Below are positions 35,810 to 47,189 of a DNA stretch of 64,000 nucleotides, in pieces (positions within the stretch are counted from its first letter, which is position 1; every line of letters starts with the position of its first letter). The position numbers and the translations under genes are program-made. This stretch comes from Bigelowiella natans CCMP2755 (lineage: Eukaryota; Protista; Cercozoa): the NCBI GenBank assembly GCA_000320545.1, contig ADNK01001014.1, positions 1-64,000 on the forward strand, read 5' to 3'. The notes beneath the pieces were generated by a model that was not told the origin of the DNA, ran no database searches, and worked only from the letters and a program-made list of their open reading frames with translations.

Positions 35810-36744
35810 AACGAAAGTGTCAGTTGCAAGCAGCCGCTTGCAACGACGGCCCGAGCGAAATCTACGAGTATGGACTGGTTATCTTCATAGTTATCTGCAA
35901 TATCATGTCGCGATATAAAAATAGTATGTTATTTTCCACCATCTCACTCATCTATGCGGGCAGGATTTAATCGGGAATTTGACCTGTGCAAAGGCATTTT
36001 TTTTAATAATTTAATAAATTCCCTCTATATCACAGTAAAGACATCGATGTCACGATGTAGAAACATTGAATTTCCCTCGTTATTCGCTCTGGCTTTTGTG
36101 GATTTCATATCAGATTAACATATGTTCCAATTTTTCTGAATTCTATTATAAAAAGAGAGAAAACAGTAATTTGATATTGTCGCTAATTGACTAAAAAGAC
36201 CAATTTCTAAATTTAAGTTCATTTCTGAGATTAAAGCCTATCTTAATTTTCGAAGAAGATTTTATGCAGTTTTGCTGTGTCGTTATATCAAAAATAGGCT
36301 GATTTACCTGGAAATTTTAGACTTGAAATCGCCGCCCCCCGTAACCTATTGCGTTAGCCTTTTTGAGTGGGGGGTCACCATTTTGTTTGTGTTTGATGGA
36401 ATGGAGAAGTTCCTCTTCCTTCAAACTGTCACAAATCAATTTTACCCCCTTTCCTCTCATAGTTACCATTTTGAGACAATAAAATCGAGAGGTTTTTTCC
36501 TTCCTCCCTCTTTCGGTTTTGCTGTTGAGGCTTGAGATTCCAGTAACATGGTCAAACCTGGAAAAATACGTTTCCATGGATGTGGCCATTGAAAAAAAGG
36601 GATAAAATCAGACTGTTTTTTTCGTTTATGTGAGGGAAAGCGCAATCAACCCCTTGTGTTAAAGGATGAAAATATTGTTCTCACTACCATCTTGTCCCCA
36701 TCCGAATGAAATTAAAATTAAAAATTATCAGGCCTGCAAATATC

Positions 36745-37185
36745 ATGTCATCCTACTGGGCTCAAGCTGGATTTTCTTACCTTAAGTACCTGAACCGTGC
36801 AACCAGCGTGATGCGCCAGGCCGTGAAGGAGCCTCTCAAATCTAAGGTGGATCGAATTTTATCCTTGAATGTAACGTACACGAATTAGCATAATGATAGA
36901 CTTCTCCTGAAAATCAAAACCTCAAGACATCGAGATCTAAAAATCTTAAATCAAGATCGAAATCATGTCGGAGAAGCAATTTTATCACCAACCCTAATCT
37001 CAATGTGGTCACAAACATGATGTAGCTTTTGGAGCGCGAGCGAGTTATTCTCAAGAAGTTCAAGATCGTGGAAGGAGAAGAAGTCTCAGGTTAAGTTTGC
37101 AAGTCTCGATTATATTTACCATCCCAATAATATTGAATATTTTCTCTCAGAAACTATCAACAAGGTTGCGAACTCTGCAAGTTGA
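36745..37185 (+). CDS. ATP5F1E: Mitochondrial F1-ATP synthase epsilon subunit
   Basis: Three exons giving MSSYWAQAGFSYLKYLNRATSVMRQAVKEPLKSK|LLERERVILKKFKIVEGEEVS|ETINKVANSAS. The family signature is W..AG.SY..Y.......R.A.KE. Confidence 0.88.
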
Positions 37186-38000
37186 GACTAGACTCTTGGG
37201 GAGGAATTCATGGTCTTCATGCCATCTGCAGAAAACGGTGGGAGAATGCCACCAGTCATCCGTCTGTGCATTTTCTGCCTTTAGGATAGTGATAAGATTT
37301 GATAGCGTATTACGTTACAATTTCCTAAGTAGCGCAGATGTTCACACTCGAGAAGGCATATAATACGAGTTAATGAAACGCACGAAACAGCAGTTGTGCT
37401 CTTTCATTGAACTTACATTTTAAATATACCTCATTGAACTTAACATCTTAAATATGCTATGTGCCTTATTTGAAAATCATATGTATGTTTTTGTTACATG
37501 CCTTGTATCATCCCCCATGTAAATCGCGGTAAGCATGCTATGCATGTGATGCGCAGACACAGCCACTACATGCATGTAGAATAGCGACGTAGTGCACGCT
37601 TGTCTATAAGCACTGTGGCATCAAGCGAGAATTTCATGGCATTCGATTATTCCAGATTGCTTCGCTCACCACATGTCACAGCTAGACAGGCCTGACAAGG
37701 CCTAGCTAAGGGCACCGTCGCATCTGAGCTCCATGCATGTCGGCTTAGCAATGACGTACGCATCGATTTGAGCGAATGAAACTGGTGCTCGCGCCCGCAG
37801 TTTTCACCGCAAACCGTGACCGCATGGAAGTCTAGAAGTAATGCGCCATGCATGGAGCCTCTCTAACGATGGAATGCTGTTGCCATCATTATTCCACATA
37901 CAGACCGGGGCTGCGGGGCCTGCGTACGAACATTGATCTGGACTTTGAAACATTTAGTTATTATATCCATTTTCGTTCATGATAAGTCAAAATATCTTTC

Positions 38001-39488
38001 TCAGAGAAATTCCCGGTTTTCGCTATTTTCGGCTTGTTTTCTGTTCCAGACGCGCATGTTCCTAGGATCCTTGGTCACATCTTCGTTCCATGAGCCTCTG
38101 CGGCGGGTTTTGCATTTCAGAACATAATTTTTAGAATGGGGCCTGTTCAGCCTATATGTCAGAGTCTTGACTACCTCATGTAACACAGATCTATCCTTTT
38201 TCTTGTGCGTCTTATTCTTATCCTTCTTGCTGTCATCATCATCTTCATAACTTATCGTTGTCGAAGGTCCATATATCCCCACACGCAAAGCTTTGGCGCC
38301 TTGATACCCCGTAGGCACAAACTTAAGAAATCGAAACATGGACGGATTTTTGAAGGTGGAGGCGATAGGATTCACGACTTCGCTCACGCAGTCGGAATTG
38401 CCATTGAAAGTTCCGAGAAAGATCCACGAGCGCCCACCTTCTCTACGTCCGAAGAGCTTGTACCGTGTAACGAAATTATTAGGGATTGAGCCCTTTATGA
38501 CCCAGATAAAATTTGTGCAGCTGCAGGGTAAAGTACACTTTGAGGAGAGACATGACCGATAGACTTCCACGCTCTGACCCATGGTGCTGACGTGCGTAAC
38601 CTCTCGCTCGCGCCCAAGGTCGGCTATGAGACAGTCTGTGGGGCGCTCCGTCTTCCCCTCCGGTGGCAGCCAGTAGGAGTCACCTCGCATCGGTCCATTA
38701 CGACTGATGAGAGCGTGTTGTATCTTTAAGCCAGCTTTGGATCTAGGGGATTTAGTAACGGCAGGCAACATGGAAACTCCCTCGGGGAGGTCCGGAAATG
38801 ACCAGCGCGACACAGGCCGATAAGTTCCTCTTCCCGTTCTTGTATGCAGTATGTGCCAGTCAAGCTCGTAGCGCACCCCATTGTAAGTGATCTCTTTAGA
38901 TCTTTGCGGGAACGCCAGGCGCATATGCCGTTCCACTTTCGACTTAGCTGATCTGCACTTATAGCATCGACAACGATCAGGGCAAAAGCGACCGTAGTCA
39001 TCCCCTGTGTTACCATCACTGGCGTAGTTGAGATGACGAATCTCGTCGGCCTGAACCTGCCGACCTGATGCTACTCTTGTTTGTACATGTCCGATGATCG
39101 GGATATCATACTCAAATATCTCACGGCTTCGATTCTCTCTATCTGTGACTTTTCTGGACTGTACAGCCAATTGCTGCAGCGCCGCCTCAACCTCCCAAGA
39201 GTCCTGCTTTTTCAGTTTGCGAGTGAATCTTTTTCCCAACTGGAAACTACCCATCTCGATGGAATACTCGGACAATATATCAGCTGGGTCAGTTTCAAGG
39301 CACCCACACCAATCTTTCCTCGGGAAGCATCGATAATTCTTGATGCTCTTCAGGTAGGTTATGTCACCATCAGTCACCAAGGATACACCCTCATTTACGG
39401 GCTGGCGGCGCCTACGACGACGATGGAAGTCAATGATCGTTACTGGAATTATGCTGCAGCCGTCACGGTAATCAACATTGCGTGCCAC
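38001..39488 (-). CDS. F5/8 type C (discoidin)-domain protein, intronless, 495 aa
   Basis: YWLP...LIADLGREREVTHVSTMG...FVTRYKLFGRREGGRSWIFLGTFNGNSD...EVVN...RFLKFVP..YQGAKALRVGIYG matches the discoidin fold pattern (IDLG..V..V.TQG...VT.Y...W....F.GN.D...LR.E.YG). Confidence 0.75.
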   Translation of the reverse strand: MARNVDYRDGCSIIPVTIIDFHRRRRRRQPVNEGVSLVTDGDITYLKSIKNYRCFPRKDWCGCLETDPADILSEYSIEMGSFQLGKRFTRKLKKQDSWEVEAALQQLAVQSRKVTDRENRSREIFEYDIPIIGHVQTRVASGRQVQADEIRHLNYASDGNTGDDYGRFCPDRCRCYKCRSAKSKVERHMRLAFPQRSKEITYNGVRYELDWHILHTRTGRGTYRPVSRWSFPDLPEGVSMLPAVTKSPRSKAGLKIQHALISRNGPMRGDSYWLPPEGKTERPTDCLIADLGREREVTHVSTMGQSVEVYRSCLSSKCTLPCSCTNFIWVIKGSIPNNFVTRYKLFGRREGGRSWIFLGTFNGNSDCVSEVVNPIASTFKNPSMFRFLKFVPTGYQGAKALRVGIYGPSTTISYEDDDDSKKDKNKTHKKKDRSVLHEVVKTLTYRLNRPHSKNYVLKCKTRRRGSWNEDVTKDPRNMRVWNRKQAENSENREFL

Positions 39489-40280
39489 TTCGATGTATAT
39501 GGATTGGTCATCCCAAAAAAGTCGATCCCTGGAGGTAGAAGCAATTAAGTGTTTAGCACAATTTACTCAGCATGTGAGGGCAGATAATATACTCAGTTTG
39601 TGAGGGCTAGCTATGCAATGCTGCACATTTTTGAGAAACACGTGGTACATGTACACCAACGCGGATATATACATATATATGTACACATATATTATATTTA
39701 TAAACTCATATTCATATATGTGAATACTCATTCACCTACATATGGCATGTAAATTTTGACAAAATGTGCATATGTTGGCGCACAACCTCGCTGTGTGTCC
39801 GGTCGGCATGTGTTTGTAGCTGGCTGCTGCGCATCGAGAGATGTCCCTAGATTTGCGGGTGAGCGGAAACTCTAGACAAGTTTCTCGATCACTATTACTC
39901 GGCACGGAAGACCGAATCGTCTTCACAGAGGAGGACTGAGGCATGAGGACCTATCTGCAGGTCGGGTGGAGGAGGAATCCAATTGAGCTCTGGGATCCTT
40001 TTCGAAAGAAATCAGGAAATCTATGAGAAATATGAGAGAGGAAGAGATGAAGAAAGGCAACGTCGACTTTCTGAGCTAGAATAAAGCGAGAATCAGGCAA
40101 GAATCGTTGTCGTTGTGGGAAAACACAAGGCAATATCCACAGCATGTAGAGACCACTTTGCCGATTTATTATTACCGGGACTACTTCGGACTTTTTCCTG
40201 GAACATTCCTGGACGCACCCCTCCCTGTCAGGAGCACCCGTAGCCGACCTCCGGGGTGGTGAGCAGAGGTTTTGTCCACG

Positions 40281-40802
40281 ATGGTCGTATCTCCTATGAG
40301 GAGGCCGGGTGGGAGGAAGTTCAAGAAAGCGTGGTGGTTGGCGACAGTTGCAGCGGTCTTGATCGTACTCAATTTCGATGGGGCGAGGTAATACGGGGGG
40401 GTCATACGGGGAAGGAGGGAACAGACGGAGAATTCATGTCTTCTTACTTCCACATCACCTCTCCCTGTCCGAAAGGCGCGAACGCGGCGGACGACGATAC
40501 GTCCAAATGGCGGCAGGTGCTCCCACTGGTAAAAGATCACCACTTAAATAATGCGAAGAAGATGGATGATGTCGTTGATACACGATACGAAACAAATCCC
40601 CAGCGCCGGAGAACCATCTCTAACCATGTCCTCCTCTATCGTCCTCTCACATTCACTTGGACTACCCATTCAATAGAGATGTCCCGACCGAAGCAGCAAC
40701 AGCATACGGCAGGTTTCTTTCAAAAGGCCACGGAAGCCGTGATGGCAACGTCAGAGAGGATGCCAGATGGCTCACTTCCGGTGCGTGTGTGTGTAAGTGT
40801 GT

Positions 40803-40852
<50 letters not shown>

Positions 40853-41348
40853 CTGTACGTCCGTCATCGTTGTTGACACAGACCATACATATGCTGCGAA
40901 GCTTTCCTATGTACGATGCTCATGCACACTGAACCGATCGGCAGCACCACCATACCAATCTATCTATCGACCATTGTCCTTGGGTTTGCTGGGTGGTAGG
41001 TGCGTGGATACGATTTCAACAATGGCGTCAACCACAGCCAGCTGCTCCGTTCCTTCAAGGCCCATGGGTTTCAAGTGAGGAAAAAACAATGACTCCCATA
41101 GTCGACAACTACAAAGCTACATGCACCAACAAACATTACCAGCGGTGTCATATCCTGCTGCGGCTGTTGTTGTACAGCAACGTCTGCGCAAGCAATAGCA
41201 GCACGATTCATAGTAGTGTGAAATACTTTCCAGGCGAACAGCATTGCTCTTGCAATTGAGGAGATAAACAAAATGATCAAAAAAGGGCCAAATTGCACGA
41301 TTTTCCTTGGATATACTTCCAACATGGTCATTAACTTTGCAATTTTTC

Positions 41349-41389
<41 letters not shown>

Positions 41390-42042
41390 TTAATATGACC
41401 ATATGCTTATCTGGTAAAATTGTTTTTGCGCGTTACCAACCAACATATTCTTTGTGTGTTGTAAAACGACAGATATCTTGCGGAAATAGAGAGATTATTC
41501 GCTACCTGGTGGAGCACAATATGGTAGAACATCACGCACACATATACACGCACACATACACATACGTACACACACGCGCACACACATTCACGCGCGCAAG
41601 GTTTTATATTATATTTCTTAATTGCAGAGCGCGTATGCAAGCGCGTATGTCCTTCTAGTGTACTCACCTCCGCTCCTTAGTCTCTTCCCTCCTCCCTTCT
41701 CGTTGTATCTTCTTCCCCCCATCATCTTCCTCTTCCATGGACGACAGGTTGATGCTATCGTCACCACGGCAGGGGGCATTGAAGAGGTAGCTTAACGCAT
41801 ATCCATATTCATCCTTCCACCCTCACTGCTGTGCACGCATTGAGCATGTATGCGAGGTTAGGAACGTACCGTTCTGCGATTTCCCTCGTTAGGATTTATT
41901 ATCCCCTTATTATTATCATCATCGTCATCTCCCAAAGGACATCATGAAATGCATGGCCCCACACTACATTGGCTCGTTCGAGCTGGCAGGAAGGATGCTT
42001 CGGAGGAAAGGACACAATCGCATCGGCAATCTTATTGTACTG

Positions 42043-42076
<34 letters not shown>

Positions 42077-44356
42077 ATGAAAGAAAGTAGAGAAGTAGAA
42101 GATATTAACGTTGTCATCATCATCATCATCATCATCATCGTCATCATCATCATCATCAATTTTTAGGTACCGAATGAAAACTACGTACTGTTTGAGAAAT
42201 GGATGCAGCCGTTTCTGGATGATCTTGCAACTGAGTTCTCTACATCAACCCTAAAGACGATATCGGTGCTGCAAAATAGCATCTAATCATAGTAGAAGAG
42301 TATCATTTCTGTAACTGCTATTTACCTCTCGCATTCTTTCAGGCAAGACTGAATTATTTTGTGCTAAATCCTTTTCCTTCTACCCTCTCTGGAGATGTGA
42401 TAATGTGTCGCTACTATCGTTATCATCATCATCATCACTATCATCATCATTATCATCACAATTCCGCAAGGTACCGACGTCGGAGCTTATTTTTCAAAGC
42501 ATCGAAGCACGCAGCGATGTAGCGAATGCTGCAAGCGAGAAGACAGGAGGAGGAGAAGAGAAGAGACTTCAGCAAGGTCTTAATGCCACCCCCCTCTCCA
42601 CCACCAAAAACTGGCAAATTATGAGATGTGCTCGCCACTCGTCATGAGCCTTTACTCGCTTCTTCAGTAAACGTGCAGTGGGCCCCAATGGAGGAGCGCG
42701 ACACATTCTCAATAGACGCGAAACCACCAAGAACGTAGTCGTTAATCTGCAGAAGAAGAAGAAGAAGATGATGATGATGATGATGAATGAGCATATTTTG
42801 AATGAATTAATCGATCGGATGATGAACATACACTCACACACTCACATATGCTGCACTATTGAGCCAAGGTAAATCAAAGGGCGAGAAATACCATTGCCAT
42901 GTTGAAGCTATAAGCTACAGTCACCATCACCACCACCACCACTACCATTGTTGCTATCGGTATTTTCTCGGAGAAAGGATACCATCATCATCATCATCGT
43001 CATCATCATCATCATCATCATCATTTTCATTACTAAAATGGATCTAATATACATGTAGTGTCGTCGGAATCGAAGGGAGATTGCTCTCACAAATTACCAA
43101 CGTGAGGAAGTAGTACAGGCTGTTTTCTTCAGGAGAAGTAGCTGATGCCGTTGTTCTTCTTCCTTTTCTTCTTCTTCATTTTAAATTATTTGGAAGTTAA
43201 CCTTGATAATGAATTCCTATGTAGACTTCAGCAGCGGCGGCGGCGGTGGTGGTGGGGGGGGATATATGAATATGAAGCAATGATGATGGTGATGATGATA
43301 CCATATTTATTAGGTGTCATCCTTCCTTGATGATGTAATCCGTAAAAAGGGAGGTGAAGGAGGAGGAGGAGGAGGAGGAGGAGGAGGAGGAGGAAAAAGT
43401 AGGAATCGGGGGGAAGAAAGTGCAAAAGTTCAGATAACATACGTCCAGCAACCTAATCCTCTCACGCCGTCGCGAGTAAGCTAGCCACAATCATAAAAGA
43501 GGAGAGACATTTTATGTATATATAAAATATATATACAGAATACAAACATGTATATGCATATGGGCCGTTTTTTGTGTTCTGCTGCGACATGGCTGCAGGA
43601 TGGCAATGACCTTTCTTTTTTCTCTTGCAGTTGCTTCTTACTATTATTGACTGATGACACCAACCAAAGATGATTGAACGGATGGGTCTGCGAGTCAACG
43701 ACAACTCGTCGGTGCTGTTCCACGCGGCGAAGAATGGCATTCCCATCTTCTGTCCTGCACTAACGGATGGATCGGTTGGTGATATGGTACTGCTAGTTAG
43801 CACTGCCCCTCCCTCTCACAGAAGCGCATTAATAGTAGAAAGCAAACGTACGTTGATCTTTCATGTGTACTCGTGCTTTTATGCGACGTTAATAGTATTA
43901 GCCTCGTCTTTCTTCGAATAGTGAAGCTGCGCTGTTTGATCATTAACCATTCGTGTGTGATGATGGTGTCATTCGTCCTTCTCTTACTGTCGTTTTGCAT
44001 TCCTCCCCCCCCTCTCCCTTCTTCTTCTTCTTGTTCTTCTCCTCCTCTTCTGGCGCCTCTACCACTACTACTTTCACTTCTTCTTGTTCTTGCTTCTCAC
44101 AGATGTTCTTCCACTCGTATCGTAAACCGCCTGGCATTGTGCTGGATATTGCGCGTGATCTCCGGAGACTCAACGAAATGGCCATGGCCGCTAATAATAC
44201 AGGTAATTGAATGCAACAAAGCAGGTGAAAGCACGCCGTTAGGGTGATGCTAACACACGTGACGTCGAGGGTGATTTTGGCCAATCAACCTAGTATTATA
44301 GATTGCTCTCTTGCTTTTCGTTGCTTCGATGCCATATTACTTTTGCGATACGATAT

Positions 44357-44411
<55 letters not shown>

Positions 44412-44855
44412 ATGCATTTTTTGTTCTGCTTATATTTAGTAGTATATTCGTCGCAATTTTAGTAGACTAGACATCTATTGATCGCCTCAACGTGTCCTTC
44501 CTTGAGCAATGCATTTATCGGTGTGTAATGAATGTTGCTATATTTTCTTCCTGTCGTCATGAAAGGCATGATCATCCTTGGAGGGGGCGTCGTAAAACAC
44601 CACATCTGCAATGCAAATCTTATGCGGAATGGCGCGGATTTCTCGGTCCTCCACATGCCATCCTTTTCACTGGAAGTGAATCAGGATGATATTTTAATTC
44701 ACTCCGCGTATCTTAAGAATAATGATGTAGGAAGTTTTCCATCCTCGTGACGTTCGTATGCGTATGTGCGATGCTTCTTTCCCTTCTTCTTCTTCTTCTC
44801 TAATTTGCCAGGTGTTTGTGAATACGGCATGTGATTTCGACGGCAGTGACGCTGG

Positions 44856-44906
<51 letters not shown>

Positions 44907-44909
44907 AAT

Positions 44910-44953
<44 letters not shown>

Positions 44954-45419
44954 TGCGCGAATATCCCTTTCCAGTGTACACCAGAATGTGATCATCACCC
45001 AAGAAAAATATGGTTGTTTGTATCTTCTTCTTCTCCGTCTTTCTTCGTCGTCTGTCTTTGTTTCGCTACTGCCAATGCCACGCTTCCCTTCCCTTGTAGG
45101 CGCCAAGCCTGATGAGGCCATCTCGTGGGGAAAGATCAAGATGGATGCAGAGCCCGTCAAGGTAATAGAAAAGAGTTATCAATCACAATAGTAGTTATAA
45201 TAGTTATAGTAGTAGCAGTAGGAGGAGGAGTAGTAGTATTTGTAGTACGAACTCATGGATTTCTATGTACCGTTTATCTTCGTGAGGATCAATTTTTAAT
45301 ATTGTGAAACCTCAATTTTCTTTGATTAGGTGTACGGGGATGCATCTTTCATATTCCCTCTTTTAGTGGCTGAGACCTTTGCCATATTAAGTCGAAACAC
45401 CAGTAACAATGATGCTTAA
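40281..45419 (+). CDS. DHPS: Deoxyhypusine synthase with a putative N-terminal hydrophobic leader (alternative start at 40679)
   Basis: Exons give [24 protein letters not shown]|[17 protein letters not shown]|DIMKC, NRIGNLI|VPNENY, TPSR|[50 protein letters not shown]|[12 protein letters not shown] (catalytic Lys present) and [17 protein letters not shown]. Confidence 0.95.
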
Positions 45420-47189
45420 TGGCAATGATGATGATGACAGTGTAGGTGCAATTTGGTACGATGTGCAGACAAATGCATTAGATCTGGGCGGCATGAGTAT
45501 CTTTTACATCAACACTGCGCTACTACTGGCAAACTTGTGCAGAAACTTCAAAGTCTTCGCATTATGTGGCTTCTAATGATCAAAAACTTGAGATGCATGA
45601 TGAAGCGACCTCAAGTAGATCATCTTTGAGATGGATTGCACAAAGCTAGAAAGCTTAGACATGAATGAACAAGATCAAAGATGAGCATTTGCACTTGCCG
45701 ATATGGCGGGTCGTGGCTGCGCTTTCTGGACAGAGAATTCATTCATACGCTTGAAACTGCATGTCACCTCCTGGGCACCTTGCATCAGGCTAGCTCAGAG
45801 CTAGCTAGGCAAACGAGTCATGGACGCGCTCTTATCACGTCACTGACAAGCCTTTTCGCAAAGCACCGAAAGAAATTGCAACAGACGCATGCTGAGTTAG
45901 CGTTCTCGCCTCCCCGGACAGGGAGCCCGAAGACTTGGACTGGTGTGCGGATGCCATGTGCACAGCTAGACAGGGATGGCAACTAGGGCTGTGCACTTCT
46001 GTGAATTGAATTGAGGCAGTCTAGCAGTGCGCACGTGACAGTGACGACCAGACTCAACATGCGCAATGCAGCGTTGTTGCGCAGGGCATCAAGAGCCCTC
46101 GCGACAGCTTTCATTGGAGGTGCGACTGCACACGTTTGCGAAGTGCAACCTTTTTCCCGACCGAAGTGGTTCTCGCGCACGCCCAGATCGTTAGCAGGTG
46201 CATTCATGCGCCTCCGACTGCAACCATCAGGCTTCTCCAAAACATTGTGAGCCCACTGACTACGTCACGATTTTCCGAGGAGCATTTCCCACGCAAATTG
46301 AAAGTGCACTCTGTTCCAAAGTGTTCATGATGGGAGAATGCTCACTCGAATCAGTCTGCAGTGGATGTGAGAATGAGAATGTGGGAGGACAATGAGCAAG
46401 TAGAAGAAGAAGAAGTTGAGCAGTGACAGTGAATGAAGTGTCAGTGCTTGTCACGCTTGTGATTGAACTTTCAAAGTGTGATTCCAACGGTGCAACAGAA
46501 AGGATCATGGGACACACACGCACACTGATCCGTGCCCTCCGTGTGGCGACAATGAGAACAATGAGAACAATGATGAAAAACTGCGTTTCCAAAGTGTGAC
46601 AAGACACTTGCAATGTGCGAAGTGCAGTGCCTCGAACTGTTTTCAGTGAGGACTGGCTAGCAACCTAGCGGGGTTCATGCAAATTGGCACAAACCAAACA
46701 TTGAATGCATCACAACTAGCAGCCAAATGACGACGACGCAAAGCATCCATCCTGAGCAGGAACTTCCTGACAGCCACGTCCACACGGAGATCAACGTTGG
46801 GGACAACCGAGGGGGCGCCGAGCAAGACTCTGGTCTTGACAGAGTCAGGAGCATCAAAAAATGAAGAGCAAGCAGCAGATGCGACATCTGGACAAAAAAT
46901 GACAGAAAAAAATGTTCTAAAAAAAGAAAATGTCGGCATTCTAAGTGTTGGGAGAGCCGGTTCAATAGACAGACCGTGAGCGTTGCAACTCGAGCATCAA
47001 GAGGAGACATTCAGAGCAAGAGCAAGCTTGGAGGCGGTGCTGCTGTTTTTAGTTCTTTCAATGTTCAATGTTCAATGTAAGCGCATGTGTAGGGAGTGCC
47101 TGCATCAATGCGAAGTTCAATGAGTTCAACATGTTGAAGTAAATGTAACTCCAATGTAGTTTTTCATCATTGTTTCATTGTTTCCATCC

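Noticed and set aside
36272-36645. Short ORFs upstream of ATP synthase epsilon
   Set aside because: AT-rich divergent spacer with no motif; at most these are 5' exons or UTR of the MFS transporter.
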